From an uncultured Prevotellaceae bacterium (lineage in GTDB: Bacteria; Bacteroidota; Bacteroidia; Bacteroidales; Bacteroidaceae), in NCBI GenBank assembly GCA_900315745.1, contig ONAG01000003.1:30507-94506 (forward strand): DNA of 64,000 nt. The letters run 5' to 3'. Position numbers and translations under genes: made by a program. Positions 49,154-58,783 of the stretch are shown piece by piece. Below the pieces are notes generated by a model. It saw only the letters and a list, made by a program, of their open reading frames with translations. It searched no databases and was not told where the DNA came from. The stretch's first letter is position 1; each line of letters begins with the position of its first letter.

Positions 49154-50509
49154 ATGTTTGAGAACCTAAGCGAGAGACTGGAGCGTTCGTTCAAGATCCT
49201 CAAAGGTGAGGGCAAGATAACCGAACTGAATGTAGCTGCCACGATGAAAGACGTGCGCAAGGCACTGATGGAAGCCGACGTGAGCTACAATGTGGCAAAG
49301 AAATTCACCAACGACGTAAAGGAGAAAGCCTTGGGCATGAACGTGCTGACAGCCGTCAAGCCAGGCCAAATGCTGGTGAAGCTCGTTCACGACGAGATGG
49401 CAGTCCTCATGGGTGGCGAGGCAGTAGATATCAACCTCAGCAGCAAGCCCTCCATCATCCTCATGTCTGGACTTCAAGGCTCAGGTAAGACCACCTTCAG
49501 CGGCAAGCTTGCCAACATGCTCAAGACAAAGAGGCGCAAGAACCCACTATTGGTGGCTTGCGACGTATATCGCCCTGCAGCCATCAACCAGTTGCAAGTG
49601 GTAGGCGAGCAAGTAGGCGTGCCCGTCTATACAGAAGAAGGCAACAAGGATGTGGTGGAGATAGCCAATCATGCCATCCGTGAAGCCAAGGCAAAGGGAT
49701 ACGATGTCATCATCATCGACACCGCCGGCCGTCTTGCCATCGACGAGGACATGATGCAGGAGATAGAAAAGCTCAAGAAAGCCGTCACCCCCGACGAGAC
49801 CCTCTTTGTGGTGGACTCCATGACAGGTCAAGATGCGGTGAACACAGCCAAGACCTTCAACGACCGCCTGGACTTCGATGGCGTGGTGCTCACCAAGCTC
49901 GATGGCGACACACGAGGTGGTGCAGCCCTCTCCATCCGCAATGTGGTTGACAAGCCCATCAAGTTCATAGGCACAGGCGAGAAGATGGAAGCCATCGATG
50001 CCTTCCACCCCTCTCGCATGGCAGACCGCATCCTTGGCATGGGCGACGTGGTGAGCCTTGTGGAGCGTGCACAGCAGCTCTACGACGAGAAAGAGGCAGA
50101 GGCGTTGGTGAAGAAGATACAGAAGAACAAATTCGACTTCGACGACTTCATGGCGCAAATCCAGCAAATAAAGAAGATGGGCAACCTGAAGGACCTTGCC
50201 TCGATGATACCTGGCGTTGGCAAAGCCATCAAAGATGTGGATATCGACGACGATGCCTTCAAGGGCATAGAGGCCATCATCCAGAGCATGACGCCCAAAG
50301 AGCGTTCCAACCCGCAGATACTCAACAGCAGCCGTCGCATGCGCATAGCCAAAGGCTCTGGCACAAGCATCCAGGAAGTCAACAAGCTCATCAAGCAATT
50401 TGACCAGACCCGCAAGATGATGCAGATGGTGACCAACACCTCGAAGATGAACATGATGATGAACGCCATGAGGGGCAAGATGCCAAAGATGCCCGACATG
50501 CCACAATAA
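49154..50509 (+). CDS. ffh: Signal recognition particle protein
   Basis: GLQGSGKTT, DTAGR, TKLDGDTRGG, Met-rich M domain, RIAKGSG; TATATTTG box near 49011. Confidence 0.98.
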   Translation: MFENLSERLERSFKILKGEGKITELNVAATMKDVRKALMEADVSYNVAKKFTNDVKEKALGMNVLTAVKPGQMLVKLVHDEMAVLMGGEAVDINLSSKPSIILMSGLQGSGKTTFSGKLANMLKTKRRKNPLLVACDVYRPAAINQLQVVGEQVGVPVYTEEGNKDVVEIANHAIREAKAKGYDVIIIDTAGRLAIDEDMMQEIEKLKKAVTPDETLFVVDSMTGQDAVNTAKTFNDRLDFDGVVLTKLDGDTRGGAALSIRNVVDKPIKFIGTGEKMEAIDAFHPSRMADRILGMGDVVSLVERAQQLYDEKEAEALVKKIQKNKFDFDDFMAQIQQIKKMGNLKDLASMIPGVGKAIKDVDIDDDAFKGIEAIIQSMTPKERSNPQILNSSRRMRIAKGSGTSIQEVNKLIKQFDQTRKMMQMVTNTSKMNMMMNAMRGKMPKMPDMPQ

Positions 50510-50518
50510 GGAAACGAC

Positions 50519-51394
50519 ATGACAATAATAGACGGAAAAGCCACGGCGGCAGCCATAAAGCAAGAGATTGCAGAAGAAGTGAAGACCATCATTGCCAATG
50601 GAGGCAAGCAGCCCCATTTGGCAGCCATCCTTGTAGGCCACGATGGTGGTTCGGAAACATACGTGAAGAACAAGGTGCTTGCTTGCGAGGCATGTGGGTT
50701 CAAGTCAACGCTCATCCGTTTTGAGGATGACGTGACCGAGGCCGAACTGCTCGCCAAGGTATCTGAGCTCAATGAAGACCCTGATGTCGATGGATTCATC
50801 GTTCAGCTTCCCCTTCCCCGCCACATCGACGAGCAAAAGGTGATAATGGCAATCGACTACCGCAAGGATGTCGATGGTTTCCACCCCATCAATGTAGGTC
50901 GCATGGCAATCGGCCTGCCGTGCTTCATCTCCGCCACACCACTTGGCATCCTCACCCTGCTCCGCCGCTATGGTGTTGAGACCAGTGGCAAGAAATGCGT
51001 GGTGTTGGGGCGCAGCAACATAGTGGGCAAGCCAATGGCACAACTGATGATGCAGAAGCAATATGGCGACTCCACAGTTACCGTATGCCACAGCCATTCC
51101 GCCACGCTGAAGGAGGAATGTCGCCAGGCAGACATCATCATCGCCGCCATCGGCCAGCCCGACTTTGTCACCGCCGACATGGTGCGCGAGGGAGTTGTAG
51201 TGATTGACGTAGGCACCACGCGCGTGCCCGACGCCACCCGCAAGAGCGGCTACCGCCTCAATGGCGATGTGAAGTTTGATGAAGTGTCTGCCAAGGCATC
51301 GATGATAACCCCCGTTCCAGGTGGCGTAGGTCCCATGACCATCTGCTCGCTAATGAAAAACACATTGGAAGCAGCCAAGAAGACATATTTTTAG
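50519..51394 (+). CDS. folD: Methylenetetrahydrofolate dehydrogenase/cyclohydrolase
   Basis: [34 protein letters not shown]. Confidence 0.97.
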   Translation: MTIIDGKATAAAIKQEIAEEVKTIIANGGKQPHLAAILVGHDGGSETYVKNKVLACEACGFKSTLIRFEDDVTEAELLAKVSELNEDPDVDGFIVQLPLPRHIDEQKVIMAIDYRKDVDGFHPINVGRMAIGLPCFISATPLGILTLLRRYGVETSGKKCVVLGRSNIVGKPMAQLMMQKQYGDSTVTVCHSHSATLKEECRQADIIIAAIGQPDFVTADMVREGVVVIDVGTTRVPDATRKSGYRLNGDVKFDEVSAKASMITPVPGGVGPMTICSLMKNTLEAAKKTYF

Positions 51395-51399
51395 AAACG

Positions 51400-51612
51400 A
51401 TGGCTCCGCAAACACAAAGAGAAGACTCAATCAAGACTGCCGAAGAGTATTATCAGAAAGGCAATGAATACCGTCGTGAGGGGAACTGGCAAATGGCTCT
51501 AAACAACTATCTTGAAGCCATAGCATTAGACCCTGACAGTCCGGCGGTGCATGCCAAGGAGATGCTCGACGACATACTCAGCTTCTATCATAAAGACTAT
51601 TATAATCCCTAA
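51400..51612 (+). CDS. Small TPR protein
   Basis: YYQKGNEYRREGNWQMALNNYLEAIALDP single TPR; ends YYNP. Confidence 0.8.
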   Translation: MAPQTQREDSIKTAEEYYQKGNEYRREGNWQMALNNYLEAIALDPDSPAVHAKEMLDDILSFYHKDYYNP

Positions 51613-51652
51613 CACCTCCCCATCGACATTTGGGGGGACAAATCTGCATAAT

Positions 51653-51886
51653 ATGAGTAAAATCAAAGGTCAAATCCTGGTAAACACGAACAGATGCAAA
51701 GGATGCTCCCTGTGCATTGAGGCTTGTCCGAAGGACGTCATCGCCCTTGCCGCCAAGAAGGTCAATGTGTCGGGCTATCCATACATCGAAGCCGTCAATC
51801 CCGACAACTGCATCGGATGCGCATCCTGCGCCATCGTATGCCCTGACGGATGCATCACAGTGTACCGCAAAAAAATGGAGGGTTAA
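51653..51886 (+). CDS. 2[4Fe-4S] ferredoxin-like delta subunit of 2-oxoacid:ferredoxin oxidoreductase
   Basis: CKGCSLCIEACP and CIGCASCAIVCPD. Confidence 0.92.
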   Translation: MSKIKGQILVNTNRCKGCSLCIEACPKDVIALAAKKVNVSGYPYIEAVNPDNCIGCASCAIVCPDGCITVYRKKMEG

Positions 51887-51889
51887 CTG

Positions 51890-52975
51890 ATGGCAGAACA
51901 AGAAGTAACATTGATGAAAGGCAATGAGGCGATAGCTCATGCCGCCATTCGCTGTGGTGCAGACGGGTACTTCGGATACCCCATCACACCTCAGAGTGAA
52001 GTGATAGAGACGCTGTGCGCCCTGAAGCCTTGGGAGACCACCGGCATGGTGGTGGTGCAGGCAGAGAGCGAGGTAGCCTCCATCAACATGGTTTATGGTG
52101 CAGCCGGTGCGGGCAAGAAAGCCCTGACATCATCGTCAAGCCCTGGCGTGGCTCTCATGCAAGAAGGCATAGCCTACTTGGCAGGTGCCGAGTTGCCAGG
52201 AGTATTTGTCAACGTTCAGCGCGGCGGTCCCGGTCTTGGCACCATCCAGCCGTCCCAGAGCGACTATTTCCAAGCCACACGTGGTGGTGGCAATGGCGAC
52301 TACTACGTCATCACCCTGGCACCCTCATCGGTGCAAGAGATGGCTGATTTTGTGGACTTGGCATTCGAACTTGCCTTCAAGTACCGCAACCCTGCAATGA
52401 TTCTCTCCGATGGTGTCATTGGTCAGATGATGGAGAAGATAGTGCTGCCTCCTTACAAGCGTCGCCGCACCGACGAGGAAGTGATAGAGCAATGCCCATG
52501 GGCATCGGTAGGCAAGCCCCGCAACCGTCAAGTCAACGTCATCACCTCTTTGGAACTGAAGCCAGAGGTCATGGAAGAGCGCAACATCCATTTGCAGGCA
52601 AAATATCAGGAAATCAGGGAAAAGGAGGTAAGATACGAGACCATGCATTGCGATGATGCCGAATATCTTATTGTGGCATTCGGTAGTGCAGCCCGCATCT
52701 CGGAGAAAGCCATCGAACTGGCACGTGCCGAGGGCATAAAGGTAGGTTTGCTGCGCCCAATCACTGTATGGCCATTCCCCAGCAAGGAAGTAGCATCCCT
52801 GGCACGCGGCAAGAAAGGAGTCTTGGTAGCAGAGATCAATGCCGGTCAGATGGTGGAAGACGTGCGTCTTGCCATCAACGGTGAAGTTCCTGTGGAGTAT
52901 TTCGGCAGACTCGGCGGCATAGTGCCAGAGCCGGAAGAGATAGTAGAGGCATTGAAAACCAAATTGATGAAGTGA
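51890..52975 (+). CDS. vorB: 2-oxoacid:ferredoxin oxidoreductase alpha subunit (VorB-type)
   Basis: KGNEA, GYPITPQSE, QAESE, SSSPG, QRGGPGLG. Confidence 0.88.
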   Translation: MAEQEVTLMKGNEAIAHAAIRCGADGYFGYPITPQSEVIETLCALKPWETTGMVVVQAESEVASINMVYGAAGAGKKALTSSSSPGVALMQEGIAYLAGAELPGVFVNVQRGGPGLGTIQPSQSDYFQATRGGGNGDYYVITLAPSSVQEMADFVDLAFELAFKYRNPAMILSDGVIGQMMEKIVLPPYKRRRTDEEVIEQCPWASVGKPRNRQVNVITSLELKPEVMEERNIHLQAKYQEIREKEVRYETMHCDDAEYLIVAFGSAARISEKAIELARAEGIKVGLLRPITVWPFPSKEVASLARGKKGVLVAEINAGQMVEDVRLAINGEVPVEYFGRLGGIVPEPEEIVEALKTKLMK

Positions 52976-53745
52976 TGGAAGCAAACGAAATAATCAGCCC
53001 TGAGAACCTGGTTTACAAGAAACCGACTCTCTTGAACGACAACCCCATGCACTACTGCCCTGGGTGCTCCCACGGCGTGGTCCACAAGCTCATAGCCGAA
53101 GTGATAGAAGAAATGGGCATGGAAGAGAAGACCATCGGCGTGTCGCCAGTAGGATGCGGCGTATTTGCATACAGGTATATCGACATAGACTGGCAGGAAG
53201 CCGCCCATGGTCGTGCTCCCGCCGTAGCCACAGGCATCAAGCGCCTCTGGCCCGACCGTCTGGTGTTCACCTACCAAGGAGATGGCGACCTCGCTTGCAT
53301 TGGAGCTTGCGAGACCATCCACGCCCTCAACCGTGGCGAGCACATTGTCATCATCTTCATCAACAATGCCATTTATGGCATGACAGGCGGCCAGATGGCA
53401 CCTACCACCCTCATTGGTCAGAAGACATCCACCTGTCCATACGGTCGTGAGCCAGCCTTGCATGGTTATCCCTTGAAAATGACAGAGATAGCCGCCACCC
53501 TCGAAGGCACCTGCTATGTCACCCGCCAGAGTGTGGAGAATGTGGCAGCCATCCGCAAGGCAAAGAAAGCCCTGCGCAAGGCATTCGAGGCTTCGATGGC
53601 AGGAAAAGGCTCCTCGCTTGTGGAGTTTGTGAGCACCTGCAACAGCGGATGGAAGCTCACCCCGAAGCAAGCCAACGAATGGATGCAGGAAAACATGTTC
53701 AAGTTCTATCCCAAAGGCGACTTGAAGGATACCACTGGAGAATAA
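52972..53745 (+). CDS. 2-oxoacid:ferredoxin oxidoreductase ThDP-binding beta subunit
   Basis: YCPGCSHG, PVGCG, HGRA, GDGD, NNAIYGMTGGQ; start may be 52975. Confidence 0.92.
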   Translation: MMEANEIISPENLVYKKPTLLNDNPMHYCPGCSHGVVHKLIAEVIEEMGMEEKTIGVSPVGCGVFAYRYIDIDWQEAAHGRAPAVATGIKRLWPDRLVFTYQGDGDLACIGACETIHALNRGEHIVIIFINNAIYGMTGGQMAPTTLIGQKTSTCPYGREPALHGYPLKMTEIAATLEGTCYVTRQSVENVAAIRKAKKALRKAFEASMAGKGSSLVEFVSTCNSGWKLTPKQANEWMQENMFKFYPKGDLKDTTGE

Positions 53746-53772
53746 GCGGAAACCCAAAAAGCAGAAAAAGAC

Positions 53773-54315
53773 ATGAAAAAAGAAATCATCATATCCGGCT
53801 TCGGCGGACAGGGAGTGCTCTCCATGGGCAAGATTTTGGCATACTCCGGCCTGATGGAAGGCAAGGAAGTGACATGGATGCCCGCTTATGGCCCCGAACA
53901 ACGTGGCGGCACTGCCAACGTCACCGTCATTGTCAGCGACGAGCGCATATCGTCGCCCATCCTCAGCCGATACGACATCGCCATCGTGCTCAACCAGCCC
54001 TCACTCGACAAGTTTGAGCCAAAGGTGAAGCCAGGCGGCATTCTCATTTACGACAGTTACGGCATCATCAACCCGCCCACGCGCAAGGACATCGAGGTCT
54101 ATAGCATCAATGCCATGGACAAGGCAGCCGAGATGAAGAATGCAAAGATTTTCAACATGATAGTGCTTGGCGGCTTGTTGCATGTATGTCCTGTCATCAC
54201 CAGTGCAGGACTGGAGAAAGCCCTTCGCAAGACACTTCCCGAGCGTCACCACAATCTAATCCCTCTCAACATGGAGGCATTACGCACTGGCGGTGAAATC
54301 ATGGAAAAGAAATGA
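53773..54315 (+). CDS. 2-oxoacid:ferredoxin oxidoreductase gamma subunit
   Basis: SGFGGQGVL, YGPEQRGG, NMIVLG. Confidence 0.92.
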   Translation: MKKEIIISGFGGQGVLSMGKILAYSGLMEGKEVTWMPAYGPEQRGGTANVTVIVSDERISSPILSRYDIAIVLNQPSLDKFEPKVKPGGILIYDSYGIINPPTRKDIEVYSINAMDKAAEMKNAKIFNMIVLGGLLHVCPVITSAGLEKALRKTLPERHHNLIPLNMEALRTGGEIMEKK

Positions 54316-54319
54316 CAAC

Positions 54320-54350
54320 AATCCCCACCTCAATCGGGTGGGGATTTTTT
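54320..54350. terminator. Intrinsic terminator
   Basis: aatccccacc / ggtggggatt 10-bp stem followed by a T-run. Confidence 0.85.
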
Positions 54351-54374
54351 ATTGATAAAAGGCAACGCCTTGGT

Positions 54375-55547
54375 TCACAAATTCTTATTGAAGAACTGCA
54401 GCATCCTTTCCTGCACCCTGAATCCACAAGAATGTGGTATCTCCCAAATCTCCGTCTCCAACTTGCTGTCAGCCCCCTGACTCTTCCATGTGTCGTGCAT
54501 GGTCTTGAAAGCCGCCTCCACGCCACGTATGGGAAAGAGATGGTCTTTTGTGCCATTGATGAAGAGCATTGGCTTAGGGCAAGCCATTGACGCTATGTGA
54601 GGATAGTCGAGATATTGCCGCAAACCAGGGAGGCAGTTGGCAAAGCCCCCATTTTCCTTCTTCTTGTCGGCAGTTGACATCTGCACGTCGGTAGTCACCA
54701 TCCAGCAAATGGCAGCACCCGCCTTGATGCGGTCGGAGAGAGCCGACAACATCCATGCGCGGTATGCCCCCATGGAGCATCCAAGGCATCCTATTCGCTT
54801 GTTGTCCACCATTGGCAATGTTGCCATGAAGTCGGTGGAATAGATATCGTCATAGTGCATGAATCCACAGAGGTCACGGCCAAGCATCATCATGTTGCCA
54901 GCAATGATGTCATACTTGCTGCGGTCAACACCTTCCTCCCGACCACGCTCCCCCCACAGAGGCGCATCCATGGAAAACACCACATATCCGTTTTTGGCAA
55001 GATAGTCGCCCACGAACTGTCCTTCGTATAGGTTGTCTGCCCATGCCTGTGCATCGTCGAGGACCTCCTGCTCCACGCCGAACGGCCGAATCATCTTTTC
55101 TTTTCCTATAAACAAATGAGCCCCATGGTCGTGTAGTGCATTGATGGCAGGGAAAGGACCTTTTCCATCAGGAATGAGCAAGTAGGCAGTCACCTTTGAA
55201 TACGCATTCACCTGAAAAGCAATGCGTTGCGCAGTATATCCATCACGTTTTTCGGTGGCGAGCACCTCATAATCAAACTTCTCCACCGGTCTCGGTGGAG
55301 TCATCATGCACTCGAAGACTTTCTTTCTTGCCTCCTTCTTCCATTTGGCAAAATTCTTTATCGGGCTGTTACCCCAAGCCAAGGGATAAGTGAGTTCCTT
55401 CTTCAACTGCTCAACATATACAGGCAATTCAAAAGAATACTCGAAATTCCCTCTTTTTTGCACAGGCTTCTTCTGAGCCTTCACCGGCAAGGAAATCCCC
55501 AAAGCAAAAAGCAGGGCGAAAAACAATGAAAAATGTTTAAATATCAT
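54375..55547 (-). CDS. Secreted alpha/beta hydrolase (dienelactone-hydrolase-like esterase)
   Basis: Signal peptide, AYLLIP, LHDHG, GCSMG nucleophile elbow, NGTKDHLF, C-terminal HSC; TATTTTTG box at 55577-55584. Confidence 0.8.
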   Translation of the reverse strand: MIFKHFSLFFALLFALGISLPVKAQKKPVQKRGNFEYSFELPVYVEQLKKELTYPLAWGNSPIKNFAKWKKEARKKVFECMMTPPRPVEKFDYEVLATEKRDGYTAQRIAFQVNAYSKVTAYLLIPDGKGPFPAINALHDHGAHLFIGKEKMIRPFGVEQEVLDDAQAWADNLYEGQFVGDYLAKNGYVVFSMDAPLWGERGREEGVDRSKYDIIAGNMMMLGRDLCGFMHYDDIYSTDFMATLPMVDNKRIGCLGCSMGAYRAWMLSALSDRIKAGAAICWMVTTDVQMSTADKKKENGGFANCLPGLRQYLDYPHIASMACPKPMLFINGTKDHLFPIRGVEAAFKTMHDTWKSQGADSKLETEIWEIPHSCGFRVQERMLQFFNKNL

Positions 55548-55656
55548 ATTTGTTTCAAGCAGATTTGTTCGTGCGACAAAAATACTTCTTTTTCCCGACA
55601 AACGAAAACAAATGTCAGGAAAAAACGACAGGAGCACAAGGAAAAGAAGAGGGGGA

Positions 55657-55765
55657 GAGGATGGAAGAGGAGACAAGAGGATATAAGAGGGTGGAGAGGA
55701 TGAAGAGGATGAAGAGGATGAAGAGGATGAAGAGGAGGGAGGGATGGAGAGGATGGAGAGGATGG
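55657..55765. repeat. Purine-rich 9-nt tandem array GAGGATG(A/G)A
   Basis: gaggatgaa x4 plus degenerate copies. Confidence 0.8.
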
Positions 55766-55822
55766 CATTCCTCTAAAAAAACTTAAATAGACAATGAAAG
55801 GACATGATATAATGAGAAAAAC

Positions 55823-56182
55823 ATGTACTTTTACATCGTGAAAGGACAAAAGCTACAAGGCAAATGGCAGGCATGGGTGCTGATAATGGTGTTCGTGCCA
55901 ATGATGATGTTGTCCTTTTTCCATGTACATGCGTCAGAAACCAACATCACCACAGAATGCCATGAATGCCTGCTCCACATCCATCACAGCCATTTTGGCT
56001 CAGCCGACCAATGCATCGACCAATGCGTGCTGTGCCAGTTCCTGAGCCTCACATTCATATCCCTCACCTCGGCAATAATCCTGTTTGCCCCCATTGGCAG
56101 CAAACATAATAATATTATTGCCACCATTGCCGCCACCGACAACACATCATGCCGGATAAGCGGAAGAGCACCCCCGATGTGA
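55823..56182 (+). CDS. DUF2946/CruR-like upstream ORF: N-terminal TM, two CxxC motifs, His cluster, C-terminal RAPP
   Basis: WVLIMVFVPMMMLSFFHVH; CHEC, HIHHSH, CVLC; ends SGRAPPM-stop. Start could be GTG 55838 after a TACTTTTA near-promoter box. Confidence 0.75.
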   Translation: MYFYIVKGQKLQGKWQAWVLIMVFVPMMMLSFFHVHASETNITTECHECLLHIHHSHFGSADQCIDQCVLCQFLSLTFISLTSAIILFAPIGSKHNNIIATIAATDNTSCRISGRAPPM

Positions 56183-56206
56183 CACTCCTTGTTTTTTCAT
56201 TTTACT

Positions 56207-56234
56207 CTTGTTGTGGATGACAATTCACAACAAG
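56207..56234 (+). promoter_or_regulatory. 12-bp hairpin in the uORF-TBDR spacer
   Basis: cttgttgtggat-gaca-attcacaacaag; a second irregular hairpin (gatgc/gcatc, agg/cct) follows. Confidence 0.5.
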
Positions 56235-56316
56235 CATAACTACGTGTGGAGATGCGAGAGGCAGAAGTCCTCGAACAGCATCCTCACGCGAAACAAACAA
56301 AGACTACACATCAATT

Positions 56317-58668
56317 ATGAAAAAAGCATACAGCATACTCCTACTACTATGTGTTGTAGTGGGTGCAATGGCAGACCTGCCAGCCAATTACACGACGCTG
56401 AAAGGAACGGTGAAAGATGCCGTGGACAACGAGCCACTAATAGGCGTCACTTTATACATACCCGAACTGAAGACCACCACGGTGACCGACATCAACGGTC
56501 GGTACCAATTTGAAAGACTGCCAAAAAAGACGGTAACCATCCAAGTGAGCTATGTAGGCCACCAAACCATCATAAAGGAAGCAGACCTATCTTTAGAGAC
56601 AAGCATCGACTTCACGATGCAAGAAAGCAATGCGATGATAAACGAAGTTGTGGTGACCGGCATAGCGGGGAGCCAACTGTTGAAAGACTCCCCCACCCCA
56701 GTTACCATCGTCAGCCAGCGCGACATGCAGACCACCACTTCCACAAACATCATCGACGCCATAGCCCGCCAGCCAGGACTGGCACAGGTGACCACCGGCA
56801 GCGGCATCTCAAAGCCCGTGATACGTGGACTGGGCTACAACCGCATCGTGACAGTGTCCGACGGCATCCGCCAAGAAGGACAGCAATGGGGCGACGAACA
56901 TGGCATAGAAGTAGATGCGAACAGCGTACACAGCATAGAGATACTGAAAGGTCCAGCCTCGCTGATGTATGGGTCAGACGCCATGGCGGGAGTGGTGATA
57001 TTCCACGGAAAGCCCTCTTTGCCTTTAGGACAAATACGCGGCTCCGCCTCCACCGAATACCAAAGCAACAATGGCATGATGTCATATTCCTTAGGCATTG
57101 GCGGCAACCAGCACGGCAACGTGTGGAACGTGCGCTATTCGGAAAAGATGGCACATGCCTACAAGAACAGATACGACAGCTACGTGCTGGGCACCCAATG
57201 GCGCGAGCGAGCCGTAAGCGGCATGGCAGGCATCAACCGCCAATGGGGCTTCAGTCACCTCAAGCTGAGCTACTACCATCTCACACCCACCATGACAGAA
57301 GGCGAACGCGACGAGACAACAGGAGAATTTCTCAAGCCCGACTTTATAAATGGTGAAGAGACTATGACTACAGCCACGCGCCACGACATGCACACCTACA
57401 GCCACGGTTTCCCCTATCAGCAAGTTCGGCATTACAAGGCTGTTGCAGACCAATCCATATACATAGGCAACGGCACACTGCAACTTGTAATGGGTTACCA
57501 GAACAACCGCCGCCAGGAATTCGAGGAGGTGGAGACACCCAACGACTGCGGTCTCGACTTCATGCTTCACACCATCATTTGCAACGCCAACTATTCGTGG
57601 CAAGGAGGCGAACGGCTGAAACTGAATGCCGGTATCAGCGGACTTTGGCAGCAATCGATAAACCGAGGAGAAGAATATCTCATCCCCGACTACGTACACA
57701 ACGACATCGGAGGATACGCCACAGCAGGTTACAAGATGAGAGGATGGTCGTTCAGCGGCGGTCTTCGTCTGGATCGTCGCCACGTACACGCTTTCGCCCT
57801 TGGCGACCGTTTCGCACGCATCTCCCGTTCTTTCGACGCCGTCACAGGCAGTGTGGGAGCCGTGCGCAGCATAGGCGAGAATTCCAACTTGCGAATCAAC
57901 GTGGCACGTGGGTTCCGCGCACCCAACCTCAGCGAACTTGGTTCGAATGGAGAACACGAAGGCACCTTCCGCTATGAGGTAGGCAACGCGCAGCTCAATC
58001 CAGAATACAGTTGGCAAGCCGACATAGGCTGGGACTACACCTCCCCTATCGTGTCGGCACAGCTGTCACTATTCGCCAACATCATCGACAACTACATCTT
58101 CGCCAACCGCAACGGCAACGTGACAGAAGAAGGGACACCAGTATATGTCTTCACCCAAGGCGACGCACGACTCCTTGGCGGCGAGGCCACCATCGACATC
58201 CATCCAATAGACCGTCTGCACTTTGAAAACAGCTTCTCGTTTGTGGATGCCCGTCAGTCACACCAGCCAGCCGACAGGCGTTATCTTCCCCGCACTCCAG
58301 CCCCCAGATGGGTGTCGGAAATAAGCTACGACCTCGTGCGCGATGGGAAAGTGCTAAACAACACCTTCATAAGCTTCGGCTTGGAATGTTATCTGCGACA
58401 AGACCACATCTATTCCGCCGACGACACAGAGACAGCCACGCCATCCTACACACTGCTCAACTTCTCAGCAGGCACCGACATCCTATGGCACCGGCACAAT
58501 GTGTGCACGTTGACATTCACCGCCGACAACCTGACAGACAGAGCCTATCAAAGTCACCTCAGCAGACTGAAATATGCTGGTTTAAATCCCAAGACAGGTC
58601 GTCAAGGAATCTACAACATGGGGCGCAATTTCTGCATCAAGGCATCATTCCCAATAAGGGTGAAATAA
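56317..58668 (+). CDS. TonB-dependent outer-membrane receptor, probably for a metal or metallophore
   Basis: Signal peptide, CarboxypepD_reg-like N-domain, plug GISKPVIRG...EGQQWGDEHG...KGPASLMYG, RGFRAPNLSEL, YNMGRNF; not followed by a susD-like gene. Confidence 0.9.
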   Translation: MKKAYSILLLLCVVVGAMADLPANYTTLKGTVKDAVDNEPLIGVTLYIPELKTTTVTDINGRYQFERLPKKTVTIQVSYVGHQTIIKEADLSLETSIDFTMQESNAMINEVVVTGIAGSQLLKDSPTPVTIVSQRDMQTTTSTNIIDAIARQPGLAQVTTGSGISKPVIRGLGYNRIVTVSDGIRQEGQQWGDEHGIEVDANSVHSIEILKGPASLMYGSDAMAGVVIFHGKPSLPLGQIRGSASTEYQSNNGMMSYSLGIGGNQHGNVWNVRYSEKMAHAYKNRYDSYVLGTQWRERAVSGMAGINRQWGFSHLKLSYYHLTPTMTEGERDETTGEFLKPDFINGEETMTTATRHDMHTYSHGFPYQQVRHYKAVADQSIYIGNGTLQLVMGYQNNRRQEFEEVETPNDCGLDFMLHTIICNANYSWQGGERLKLNAGISGLWQQSINRGEEYLIPDYVHNDIGGYATAGYKMRGWSFSGGLRLDRRHVHAFALGDRFARISRSFDAVTGSVGAVRSIGENSNLRINVARGFRAPNLSELGSNGEHEGTFRYEVGNAQLNPEYSWQADIGWDYTSPIVSAQLSLFANIIDNYIFANRNGNVTEEGTPVYVFTQGDARLLGGEATIDIHPIDRLHFENSFSFVDARQSHQPADRRYLPRTPAPRWVSEISYDLVRDGKVLNNTFISFGLECYLRQDHIYSADDTETATPSYTLLNFSAGTDILWHRHNVCTLTFTADNLTDRAYQSHLSRLKYAGLNPKTGRQGIYNMGRNFCIKASFPIRVK

Positions 58669-58754
58669 GATGAGATAAAGCATGAAAACAACCCTCTTAG
58701 GGGAGATTTTTATGTTTTTTCTCCCAGGGGAGCATCATCATCCAATAAAAAAGT

Positions 58755-58762
58755 TATCTTTG
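58755..58762 (+). promoter_or_regulatory. -7 promoter box
   Basis: TATCTTTGC; places the start at 58784. Confidence 0.7.
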
Positions 58763-58783
58763 CATTCTAAACACCCAACAATC

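Noticed and set aside
55544-55849. ORFs with PLHPLH / RMKRMK repeats
   Set aside because: Translations of the GAGGATGAA tandem array
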